The notes below the pieces were generated by a model that was not told where the DNA came from, ran no database searches, and saw only the letters and a list, made by a program, of their open reading frames with translations. A stretch of 64,000 nucleotides of DNA, from assembly GCA_002269645.1 (NCBI GenBank), contig NIVC01000151.1, positions 310,001 to 374,000 on the forward strand, read 5' to 3'. The stretch is from Macrostomum lignano. Its lineage: Eukaryota. Shown piece after piece: positions 24,511 through 39,842 of this stretch; the first letter of the stretch is position 1, and every line of letters begins with the position of its first letter. A program made the position numbers and the translations under genes.

Positions 24511-26948
24511 TTAGAAGCCAAGGAGGAAGCTCTTCATCAGCACGGAGCTGGCGCGGAGCTGCTGCTGGGACAGCTGGCTGACCGCCAGGCCGGACCGCGA
24601 GCACTCCGGTGGCACGCGGAACACGGCGGGGTCCCGGACTCCGAGGGTCACGTTCAGGTAGCTCTCGACCTCGTGAAAGCCTGTGGATGGACACCGGTGG
24701 CTTACTGTCTGCATCCCTGACTGACTGTCTGCACTGACAGACTGACTGTTGCACTGACAGACTGACTGTCTGCACTGACAGACTGACTGTCTGCACCCTA
24801 TATATAATCTACTGACAGACTAAATACACTGCTGACAGACTCCCCTACACTGCTGACAGACTCAACACACTGCTGACAGACTCAACACACTGCTGACAGA
24901 CTCAACACACTGCTGACAGACTCCACACACTGCTGACAGACTCAACACACTGCTGACAGACTTAACACACTGCTGACAGACTCCCCTACCCTGCTGACAG
25001 ACTCAACACACTGCTGACAGACTCAACACACTGCTGACAGACTTAACACACTGCTGACAGACTTAACACACTGCTGACAGACTCCCCTACCCTGCTGACA
25101 GACTCAACACACTGCTGACAGACTCAACACACTGCTGACAGACTCAACACACTGCTGACAGACTTAACACACTGCTGACAGACTTAACACACTGCTGACA
25201 GACTCCCCTACCCTGCTGACAGACTCAACACACTGCTGACAGACTCAACACACTGCTGACAGACTCAACACACTGCTGACAGACTCAACACACTGCTGAC
25301 AGACTCAACACACTGCTGACAGACTTAACACACTGCTGACAGACTCAACACACTGCTGACAGACTCAACACACTGCTGACAGACTCCACACACTGCTGAC
25401 AGACTCCACACACTGCTGACAGACTCAACACACTGCTGACAGACTCAACACACTGCTGACAGACTCAACACACTGCTGACAGACTCAACACACTGCTGAC
25501 AGACTCCACACACTGCTGACAGACTCAACACACTGCTGACAGACTCCCCTACCCTGCTGACAGACTCCACACACTGCTGACAGACTCCACACACTGCTGA
25601 CAGACTTCCCACACTGCTGACAGACTCAACACACTGCTGACAGACTCAACACACTGCTGACAGACTCAACACACTGCTGACAGACTCAACACACTGCTGA
25701 CAGACTCACGGTGGTTGAAGACTGACTGTGAGATGGGCACGCAAGAGGCCTTGGTGACGGACACTTGAGCCTCGAACTCGCCCACTCGGCCGCGGAAGCT
25801 GTTGAAGCTGAGGAGGTCCCTGCCGGCCCCGAAGTGAAGGGTGCCCTCGCCGCGGAAATTGTCTGAAAAAGGCGAATCGGCGAGGCAAATTGGGATTCTT
25901 TCTTGGAATCAAAAGGGCCAAATAGCTCGAAGCTACTAATAGTAGTCTGAAATCAGCAGTGCATTCGATTTCCAAGTCTCACTGGGCACGCAGGGCGCCT
26001 CAACTCCGCGCGTCAGGGCGACGATGCGGCATTCGCGGCTGCGGTGGTCCACGATGTACATCGTACGCCTGTGGCCGTCAACCAGCACGCGCTGGTGAGT
26101 CACCAGGCGGCCGCCAATCAGCGTCTCGTTGCTGGCCACCATCTGGCGGGTGAAGTCGAACGCCAGGTTGGAGAAGGCCTGAGGAATGAGCAGCAGAGCA
26201 GCCGTGAGATGAGTAGTAGCGTGCGTAGCAATGGTGAGTTGGTTTACTGGTAAGAACTGTATGTGTAAACTAGGGGTCCCTGGACTCTTAGAGGTCCATG
26301 AAATACTAGCAGTCACTAGCGGCACTAGTGAAATAGCAGTACTAGCGGTCCCTGTACTCGCTCGTACTAGGAGTCCCTGCACCACTATAGCATTTCATGG
26401 ACAACAAGGGCCGGCTGATTAGACTAAAAGGATCCATGCACTACTAGCGGTCCATGCACTACCAGCGGTGCATGCACTACCAGCGGTGCATGCACTACCA
26501 GCGGTCCATGCACTACCAGCGGTCCATGCACTACCAGCGGTCCATGCACTACCAGCGGTCCATGCACTACCAGCGGTCCATGCACTACTAGCGGTCCATG
26601 CACTACCAGCGGTGCATGCACTACCAGCGGTCCATGCACTACCAGCGGTCCATGCACTACCAGCGGTCCATGCACTACCAGCGGTCCATGCAGTACTAGC
26701 GGTCCATGCACTACCAGCGGTCCATGCACTACCAGCGGTCCATGCACTACCAGCGGTCCATGCACTACCAGCGGTCCATGCACTACCAGCGGTCCCCGGC
26801 CGCTCACTTCTCTGTAGGTGCTATTCGGGCTGAATCGGATGGCCAGCAGCGCCTGGAACTGGCGCGGTCCGCAGCAGGGATTCTGGGATGCGGCGCCGGC
26901 GGCGAGACAGCCGAGGAGGGCGATGGCGAGGCTCAGCAGCGTCTGCAT
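24511..26948 (-). CDS. Ependymin-related protein (EPDR family), secreted, 219 aa
   Basis: Exons 26808-26948, 25983-26178, 25710-25862 and 24511-24680 (660 nt, phases consistent). Signal peptide, NPCCGPRQF, APCVP, VTKASCVPI and YLNVTLGVRDPAVFRVPPEC are ependymin hallmarks. Confidence 0.9.
24830..25709. repeat. 20-bp intronic minisatellite (ACTGCTGACAGACTCAACAC)n ending exactly at the splice donor
   Basis: Direct observation. Confidence 0.97.
26430..26795. repeat. 18-bp intronic minisatellite (GGTCCATGCACTACCAGC)n
   Basis: Direct observation; lies in EPDR intron 1. Confidence 0.97.
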
Positions 26949-27634
26949 GGCGGATTAGCAGCGGATTAGCCAGGGAATCGAAGACAATGTCTGGCGCAGA
27001 GGGTCTTGCCGGTTGCCGAGCGGTCGGGGCGCGGGGCTGAAATAGGCAGCGGGCTGGCGGCCAGGCCGGCCCGATAAGCGGCCTGGAGCCGGGGAGCCCG
27101 GCAGGTGGCGGCCCGCCCGGGACGCGTGCGAAAACGGCCGGCCCGCAGCGGCCCCGGGGTGGGCAGCCCCGAGCTTCGAGTGCAAAATAACAAAGGACAA
27201 AATCAGCAAATTTTGCTTGCGAATTGGGACAGGGAATAATAAAGTAGCGAGTGCAGAGTTGAGCTGGTGCTCAGCCTCAAACAGCAGCTCAGCCATCCAT
27301 GCAAAAAACAGCGGTTGCCGCGCAATGGCGCAGCAGCCGGCCGAGACGAAGAGCTGCATTGTCCGGCTTTCTTGCAGTTTTGCTTGCGGAAGCCGATCCG
27401 GTCTCTGCGTGCTGTGTCGTAAAAGCAGAAAAAAGCAAGCCAGCAAATGAACAAAGCAGGAGCTGTCAGTCAAATTCGCTGGATCAGCCATCCGTTTCTA
27501 TGGCAACGGATGCGCGGGTTCGCTTCCCGATTCAACTGCATGGCAAGGCAGCCGCGCGTTGCCTACGCAAGTCAGCCAGCCCGAGGGCCGCGCAGGGCCC
27601 CTCTGTCTTCCCACTGCTTTCCCTGTCTCCCAGA

Positions 27635-28850
27635 CTTTCCCTGTCACTCCCAGACTGCCCTGTCACTCCCGGACTGCCTTGTCACTCCCGGACTGCCCTG
27701 TCACTCCCGACTGCCTTGTCACTCCCGACTGCCCTGTCACTCCAGATTCCCCTGTCACTCCCAGATTCCCCTGTCACTCCCAGATTCCCCTGTCACTCCC
27801 AGATTCCCCTGTCACTCCCAGATTCCCCTGTCACTCCCAGATTCCCCTGTCACTCCCAGATTCCCTGTCACTTCCAGATTCCCCTGTCACTCCCAGATTC
27901 CCCTGTCACTCCCAGATTCCCCTGTCACTCCCAGATTCCCCTGTCACTCCCAGATTCCCCTGTCACTCCCAGATTCCCCTGTCACTCCCAGATTCCCCTG
28001 TCACTCCCAGATTCCCCTGTCACTCCCAGATTCCCCTGTCACTCCCAGATTCCCCTGTCACTCCCAGATTCCCCTGTCACTCCCAGATTCCCCTGTCACT
28101 CCCAGATTCCCCTGTCACTCCCAGATTCCCCTGTCACTCCCAGATTCCCCTGTCACTCCCAGATTCCCCTGTCACTCCCAGATTCCCCTGTCACTCCCAG
28201 ATTCCCCTGTCACTCCCAGATTCCCCTGTCACTCCCAGATTCCCCTGTCACTCCCCAGTTCCCCTGTCACTCCCAGATTCCCCTGTCACTCCCAGATTCC
28301 CCTGTCACTCCCAGATTCCCCTGTCACTCCCAGATTCCCCTGTCACTCCCAGATTCCCCTGTCACTCCCAGATTCCCTGTCACTCCCAGATTCCCCTGTC
28401 ACTCCCAGATTCTCCTGTCACTCCCAGATTCCCCTGTCACTCCCAGATTCCCCTGTCACTCCCAGATTCCCCTGTCACTCCCAGATTCCCCTGTCACTCC
28501 CAGATTCTCCTGTCACTCCCAGATTCTCCTGTCACTCCCAGATTCCCCTGTCACTCCCCAGTTCCCCTGTCACTCCCAGTTCCCCTGTCACTCCCAGTTC
28601 CCCTGTCACTCCCAGATTCCCCTGTCACTCCCAGATTCTCCTGTCACTCCCAGATTCCCCTGTCACTCCCAGATTCCCCTGTCACTCCCCAGTTCCCCTG
28701 TCACTCCCAGTTCCCCTGTCACTCCCAGTTCCCCTGTCACTCCCAGATTCCCCTGTCACTCCCAGATTCTCCTGTCACTCCCAGATTCCCCTGTCACTCC
28801 CAGATTCTCCTGTCACTCCCAGATTCCCCTGTCACTCCCAGATTCCCTCC
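27635..28850. repeat. 19-bp minisatellite (CCCAGATTCCCCTGTCACT)n
   Basis: About 1.2-kb array; explains ORFs 27299-29275, 27447-28991 and 27559-28884. Confidence 0.97.
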
Positions 28851-29354
28851 CACTCCCACAAAAGTCACTCCCGGCTTCACGTAGGCACCCAGCGGGAGCC
28901 ACTAGCTGGCTCTGTGCCCGGAGTCGCTGCCTTCACCCGGGCCACACAGCTCGCGGCCTCCAAGGTGGTCGCGTCAAGCAGCATCACTTAGCAGCTTTTC
29001 TGTACTCAAAAACACAAGTAATCTTCATCTTTAAGCAGAAACTTTCGCCTCATAATTGTTGCAGCAGCGATAATTGCGGCCAGGCAGACAAGGCGGGCCA
29101 AGAAAACATGCAGATGACGCGCCGAGGCGAGTCACTTAACAGCCTCTACAGCTGCCACTGCGGTGGGGTTGGCTGCGACTCGGAGATCAAGTTGGAAACC
29201 CTTCGGGGGGTGAAGCCAGGGACTGCTAGAATAAGCGATCTGGAGTGGAGAGCCACCAGCCGCAAAGCATGCTAATAGTTCGCTTTATGCTTAAAATATG
29301 AGAGGATTAAATCTCCTAAACAGGGTTCACATACCTCTGTGCTCTGCAGTGTCT

Positions 29355-30781
29355 GCTGGCGCCCCCTCTGTAGCTGGCGTCCCACTGTAGCTGGCGCCCC
29401 TTCTGTACCTGGCGCCTCTTCTGTAGCTGGCGCCCCTTCTGTAGCTGGCGCCTCTTCTGTAGCTGGCGCCCCTTCTGTAGCTGGCGCCCCACTGTATCTG
29501 GCGCCCCTTCTGTAGCTGGCGCCTCTTCTGTAGCTGGCGTCCTTCTGTAGCTGGCGCCTCTTCTGTAGCTGGCGTCCTTCTGTAGCTGGCGCCTCTTCTG
29601 TAGCTGGCGTCCTTCTGTAGCTGGCGCCTCTTCTGTAGCTGACGCCTCTTCTGTAGCTGGCGCCTCTTCTGTAGCTGACGCCTCTTCTGTAGCTGGCGCC
29701 CCTTCTGTAGCTGACGTCCTCCTCTGTAGCTGGCGTCCCACTGTAGCTGGCGCCCCTTCTGTAGCTGACGTCCTCCTCTGTAGCTGGCGTCCCACTGTAG
29801 CTGGCGCCCCTTCTGTAGCTGACGCCTCACTGTACCTGGCGCCCCTTCTGTAGCTTGCCTCTTCTGTAGCTGGCGTCCTTCTGTAGCTGACGCCTCCTCT
29901 GTTGCTGGCGCCCACACTGTACCTGGCGCCCCTTCTGTAGCTGGCGCCTCCTCTGTTGCTGGCGTTCTTCTGTAGCTGGCGCCCCTTCTGTAGCTGACGT
30001 CCTCCTCTGTAGCTGGCGTCCCACTGTAGCTGGCGCCCCTTCTGTAGCTGCGTCCTCCTCTGTAGCTGGCGTCCCACTGTAGCTGGCGCCCCTTCTGTAG
30101 CTGACGCCTCACTGTAGCTGGCGCCCCACTGTATCTGGCGCCCCTTCTGTAGCTGGCGCCTCTTCTGTAGCTGGCGTCCTTCTGTAGCTGGCGCCTCTTC
30201 TGTAGCTGGCGTCCTTCTGTAGCTGGCGCCTCTTCTGTAGCTGGCGTCCTTCTGTAGCTGGCGCCTCTTCTGTAGCTGACGCCTCTTCTGTAGCTGACGC
30301 CTCTTCTGTAGCTGGCGCCTCTTCTGTAGCTGACGCCTCACTGTACCTGGCGCCCCTTCTGTAGCTGACGTCCTCCTCTGTAGCTGGCGTCCCACTGTAG
30401 CTGGCGCCCCTTCTGTAGCTGACGTCCTCCTCTGTAGCTGGCGTCCCACTGTAGCTGGCGCCCCTTCTGTAGCTGACGCCTCACTGTACCTGGCGCCCCT
30501 TCTGTAGCTTGCCTCTTCTGTAGCTGGCGTCCTTCTGTAGCTGACGCCTCCTCTGTTGCTGGCGCCCACACTGTACCTGGCGCCCCTTCTGTAACTGGCG
30601 CCTCCTCTGTTGCTGGCGTTCTTCTGTAGCTGGCGCCCCTTCTGTAGCTGGCGCCCCTTCTGTAGCTGGCGCCCCTTCTGTAGCTGGCGCCCCTTCTGTA
30701 GCTGGCGCCCCTTCTGTAGCTGGCGCCCCTTCTGTAGCTGGCGCCCCTTCTGTAGCTGGCGCCCCTTCTGTAGCTGGCGCC
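29355..30781. repeat. 18-bp minisatellite (TGTAGCTGGCGCCCCTTC)n with higher-order duplication
   Basis: Direct observation; a rare variant unit recurs 654 bp apart. Confidence 0.95.
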
Positions 30782-31370
30782 AACCATGTCTTCTCACAGT
30801 TGCGGTCAAGCTCTCCAGGCAGCGCCATCAAAGATCATTTTGTCATCGACTTTTTAAATTTATCCGACAGCTTCAAGTTCCGCTGACGAAAAAAGTCTTC
30901 AAAGGGTTTCTGTCAGTCCAGACGCTGCATGTGGAAGTCCCTGGCGGGAGCTAATTGAGACCCGGGCGCACTGACTCAGCTGCCTGTGTGTGGTCGGACA
31001 GGGCCGCTCGGCAGCCAATGAGAGCTCGGCCCGCTGCCCCAGCCGCTGCGGGCTGCCCCGGCCTGTCAATCACCTGGCCGAAGCTGCTCGAGTATTTCAG
31101 CTGCCGCCGCCGAGAGCCCGGAGGCGGAGAAAATTAAAGTCGGAAATTTTCTCATTTTCTGACTCTAACTTTGACTCGGCTTGCTTGGCAGACTCGTAGC
31201 AGGTAAGACTTGTCTCTAACTGTTCCATTTGGCTTTTGAAGACCGGATTCACCGGGGAGAAACCAGGGTTCCCGACTAAAGTTTTAGTCCTACGCTTAAT
31301 ACCCAATTCTCTGGCCAGCGCTTCCATAGGAAGTCCATCCATTCATCCGCATCTTCCTTTCCAGCGCGAA

Positions 31371-34899
<3,529 letters not shown>

Positions 34900-36573
34900 G
34901 AACTGACTTCGGCACCCGGAAGCTCCACGGCCTCTCTACATTCAGATCGGTTGCGCCACCATCCCATGAGCTCCACCACTTCTCGACATTCACAGCTCCG
35001 CCATCGCCACCACCCCATGAGCTCCACCACTTCCCGACATTCACAACTCCGTCATCAACTCCGAAAAAGTGAAATGCAATGCTATTCGTAATTGACATAC
35101 TGTAACTTGCACTTTCTGTATGCTTCTCGGACCAATTTACATGTTTTTACTTTCTGGCTATAGAGAACTTACATACATGCATAAATCACAGTTTCCGTAA
35201 TCCAACTTTGTCAGTGCACTGCAGCTGGTTATTGACGCACTTGCCCGTAGGCAAAACTTATGAATTCGGCTTAGTGCAAAACTTTATTCTCAACCGTGCA
35301 ATCCTCTCTGATTCCGCTTGTGATTTTCCTGAACTTCTCACCGAGTCACTGCCGCCACTGCTCCGCACCTGCAACTACTGTGTAAGTCACCGATGCCTAA
35401 TTAAACTTTGAACGCTGTCATTTATCATTGGCCTATCAATATCGATTTTAAACTGCACTGCCTGAATTGAATTTCTCTCCGAAATCTCCGAGTCGCCTCG
35501 GAGCGGAAGTTAAAAATGTCTTGAGGCCGTCCAGCACTCGAGAGGCGACTCCGCCAATGCAGGCCAGAAAGCGAAGAGAACAATGGCTGGCTGGCTGGCT
35601 GGCATGGTGAGCCGGAGATGTGAGCAGTGAGCGGGCCTGAGATCAAATCGATACTCTGAGAGGTGCTCAAGAGCCCCCCAGCTCAGCTGAGCAGTGAACT
35701 GATAGGCAAACCAAAGTGCTCAAGAAATGAGAAGCCACTCAACAGGAGGGACTCAACAATGGCAGGAGGCGCCGATGCGCCACTCGGCTGTTTGGCGCGC
35801 GGCCACTTGAAGTTGCCGAGTCCGTGGCGCGTCTGTTTGACCCCCCCTCCCCCGGTTCCCCGGCGACTCTCGGGCGCAGCTGCTGTTTGCAGGACTCACC
35901 GAGCCCCTCCGCTGAGGCAGATCTGTTTGAAGTTCCCGAAACTGGCCTGCTTAAAACTTGAAGAAAATTTCACAAAAAGGATCAACATGCATGGAAGTAG
36001 TATGCGCTGCGCGTGTGCCGTCGCGATTTTGGGTTTTCACTTGAAAAATCTTTATTTTCACCATTTTAACGGACACAACTGGACATCGCCGGACAGTCTG
36101 CGAACACGGGACTACGAGCACCAGATAATTTACAGCATAGAATCCCTGAACCCTAAGCAGATAGTTTCGGACACTCTATGTAAATAGAAAGTCACACAGG
36201 GTGTACACTCTGTGTGATGCCTTGGAGTTGGTCCTCACGGTTGAGAATTGCACAACCAGCCTCAGGACAAACGCTGAGCTGCTCCCAGTGTTCTCAATGA
36301 AATGTTGCAGCATGTCGATGGACCAAAGCATAGCAACAGGGATGAGATAAAAAATACATGTACATGTACAGGCACAGCAGCAGCTGTTACCAGGTGACAC
36401 ATGCGGTGAATGCACACCGTCTATGGTCACATGTACGCAGGCTATTTTTGTTATTTTGGTTGCATAGGAAATTAGGTTGTAGAGACAGAAGCGATAGTCA
36501 CATTGAAAGGTGCGTCTGTCACAGTGGGGCAAAAAGGGCTACATGTACTTTAGGTGTCACTACAAAAGTGCAC

Positions 36574-37900
36574 TCAGGCCGGCTGGAACTGCGTGCTGGA
36601 CACGTAGTCCTTGGCTGGGCCTCGGACTGTGTAGGCTATGGAAAATTCGGTCAGCCGGTCACCATGGAAACGGAAGCGGTAGTCGGCCAGGTAGAGATCC
36701 GCCGAGCACAGGTGCCGCCCGCCGGCAGTCAGCTCGACCGGACTGCCAGCAGCTGCCGCCGCCGCCGCCGCCTCATCGCTGAACTCCACCCGGTGGAAAA
36801 GCCGCCAGGTGTCCGGCGGGTCCGCGTCGCTCGAGTCCGGGTCGGCAAAGTGCACCGACAGGCCGCCGCCTGCGCCGCCGTCCAGCACGTAGCGGTACCT
36901 GCAGGGACAGAGCGCTGACTGAGCCTCACCTCCTGACCTCACCGCTGACTGACCTCACCTCCTGACCTCACCGCTGACTGAGCCTCACCTCCTGACCTCA
37001 CCGCTGACTGAGCCTCACCTCCTGACCTCACCGCTGACCTCTGACTGAGCCTCACCTCCTGACCTCACTGCTGACTGAGCCTCACCTCCTGACCTCACCG
37101 CTGACTGAGCCTCACCTCCTGACCTCACTGCTGACTGAGCCTTACCTCCTGACCTCACTGCTGACTGAGCCTCACCTCCTGACCTCACTGCTGACTGATC
37201 GTCAGTAGGACCCTAATGACCCGCAGTATGACTCTCAATGACTTCCAGTACAGTATGACCCCCAAAGACCCTTAATGACCATCAGCATGACTCTCAGAGA
37301 CCCACAATACGACAAGATGGCCCTGTTTGACCCATGTGATGACTAAGTGACCACAAGATGACTCACTGACCTAAGAGATTACTCAGGGACAAACAAGATG
37401 ACTCACTGACCTAAGAGATTACTCAGGGACAAACAAGATGACTCACTGACCTAAGAGATTACTCAGGGACAAACAAGATGACTACCTGACCTAAGAGATG
37501 ACTTAGGGACAAACAAGATGACTCACTGACCCAAGAGATTACTCAGGGACACACAAGATGACTACCTGACCTAAGAGAACCACAGGACTCATTAAGCCAC
37601 ACGAGTCAGATAAACTTGGATTACCAGCCCTCACCCACCTGGCGCTCACGGGCAGCCAGTCAGCAGCGGCATCCCCAGCAGTCAGCGACCGCATCCACCC
37701 GGACTCCCGATAGGCCAGGCAGCTCCACCGACTGGCGGAAGCTTCGAAGCTCTCAAAGGCGGCCTCGCCTTCGGCCTCCACCGACTGCGGCCGGCCGCTG
37801 ACTCGCCGAACAAAGCGCCAGCGAGAGTCGCGGAGGCCGCGGAACACAGCGGCAGCCGCCGCTGCTGGCGCTGATGCGGCAGGCGAGGCCAGCTTACGGG
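36574..37900 (-). CDS. DUF6314-like protein (two visible exons; start not located)
   Basis: Exon ending at 37639 (VFRGLRDSRWRFVRRVSG..AEGEAAF..LAYRESGWM..SAR) splices in phase 2 to 36574-36898 (YRYV..LFHRVEF..HLCSADLYLADYRF..YTVRGPAKDYVSSTQF*). This matches my recollection of the DUF6314 pattern H-x-C-x2-D-x-Y...V-x-GP-x-KDY. Confidence 0.72.
36915..37580. repeat. Two intronic minisatellites: 30-bp (GAGCCTCACCTCCTGACCTCACCGCTGACT)n and 40-bp (CAAGATGACTCACTGACCTAAGAGATTACTCAGGGACAAA)n
   Basis: Arrays at about 36915-37200 and 37340-37580. Confidence 0.93.
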
Positions 37901-37984
37901 CTGAGGGCCGGGTGGCGATTAAACCAACAATAAAAATTCCTGTGCCTAACAAACTACTTGCAGTAAAAAATGGGAAAATTTATT

Positions 37985-38620
37985 ATTACAATAAAGTCAC
38001 GTGACTACTAGCAGCCAAATCTAGTCAACTTTCAATAAAGTCACGTGACTTCTAACATTTAATCTTAGTCGACTTATTATAATAAAGTCACGTGACTACT
38101 ATCACTCGGTTTAGAGTCCAATCAGACTCACGTGACTCCTAGAAGCCAGTCCACAGTTAAATCGGGATCACGCAACTGCTAGCAGCCAAAACTGGAATTG
38201 GAAATTTTTAAGTTGACTAAGATTGGCTGCTAGAAGTCACGTGACTCTATTGCAAGTTGACTAAGATTGGCTGCTAGTAGTCACGTGACTTCATTGTAAT
38301 AAGTTGACTAAGATTTGCTGCTAGCAGTCACGTGACTTTATTGTAATAAGTTGACTAAGATTTGCTGCTAGCAGTCACGTGACTTTATTGTAATAAGTTG
38401 ACTAAGATTGGCTGCTAGCAGTCACGTGACTCTATTGCAAGTTGACTAAGATTGGCTGCTAGCAGTCACGTGACTCTATTGTAATAAGTTGACTAAGATT
38501 GGCTGCTAGCAGTCACGTGACTCTATTGCAAGTTGACTAAGATTGGCTGCTAGCAGTCACGTGACTTTATTGTAATAAGTTGACTAAGATTGGCTGCTAG
38601 CAGTCACGTGACTCTATTAT
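37985..38620. repeat. Inverted plus tandem 44/47-bp array, each unit with the AGTCACGTGACT palindrome and most with ATTGGCT (CCAAT box)
   Basis: Nine direct units at 38205-38620 and three to four inverted, degenerate units at 37985-38140. Confidence 0.9.
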
Positions 38621-39184
38621 TAAGCTCATGGTTTGTTGAGCGATGCAAAGAGGTGCCAAAAACGCTGCAATTTCAATAAATGTTTACGATTTGAGCAGTG
38701 AAAACACTCAGAGTGTATAGAATAGCAAATATATTTTCCAGTTCAAAATTCATAAAAGTTGGAATTTGTGCCAAGCAGGGTTAAAATTTGTCGCGAGTGC
38801 CATGGCCTCCGGATGCGCAGGCGGGGGCTGCGGTTTCCAGGTGAGCTTCGCCAATTAGGAAGACACACGGAACCGGCGGGGTGGGAAGTGCATACAAAAC
38901 CGCAGGCGGCATAAAAAATAAAACAAATAATGAGGGAATTACAGCTTGTGTACAGCAAGGCATGCGGTGGCCAAAAGTGTAAGCAGAGCGAGCAGGCGAG
39001 CGAGTAAAGCAGCACAATGGGATTAATAAAAACTAGACAGCGCGGAGTTCAACTCTCATTTATTAATTTTTTGACATCGCGGGATCTCAACTATTTGCCT
39101 GTGCTATGGACAAGTTTTGCCAGCAATTCATAAAATTTAAAATTGATTTGATTCACATCAATTTTTATATAATTCACTCAATAC

Positions 39185-39842
39185 GGTGAGTCTATTCACT
39201 TGTTCACAAGAGCAGCCCAAACTCATTCACAAGGACTATTCACTTGTTCACAAGAGCAGCTCAAACTCATTCACAAGGACTATTCACTTGTTCACAAGAG
39301 CAGCTCAAACTCATTCACAAGGTTTATTCACTTGTTCACAAGAGCAGCTCAAACCCATTCACAAGGTCTATTCACTTGTTCACAAGAGCAGCTCAAACCC
39401 ATTCACAAGGACCCACTTGTTCACAAGAGCAGCCCAAACCCATTCACAAGGTCTATTCACTTGTTCACAAGAGCAGCTCAAACTCATTCACAAGGACTAT
39501 TCACTTGTTCACAAGAGCAGCCCAAACCCATTCACAAGGACTATTCACTTGTTCACAAAATCAGCCCAAACCCATTCACAAGGTCTATTCACTTGTTCAC
39601 AAGAACAGCTCAAACCCATTTACAAGGTCTATTCACTTGTTCACAAGATCAGCCCAAACCCATTCACAAGGTCTATTCACTTGTTCACAAGAGCAGCCCA
39701 AACCCATTTACAAGGTCTATTCACTTGTTCACAAGATCAGCCCAAACTCATTCACAAGGTCTATTCACTTGTTCACAAGAGCAGCCCAAACCCATTCACA
39801 AGGTCTATTCACTTGTTCACAAGAGCAGCCCAAACTCATTCA
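39185..39842. repeat. 44-bp minisatellite (CTATTCACTTGTTCACAAGAGCAGCCCAAACCCATTCACAAGGT)n abutting the Crk stop codon
   Basis: Direct observation. Confidence 0.96.

Noticed and set aside
26424-26807. Signal peptide followed by VVHGPL repeats, resembling a secreted repeat protein or peptide precursor
   Set aside because: The repeats lie after a GTGAGC donor in EPDR intron 1; there are no dibasic sites.
27299-30831. 400-650 aa Pro/Ser- or Arg/Gln-rich ORFs
   Set aside because: Artefacts of the 19-bp and 18-bp arrays.
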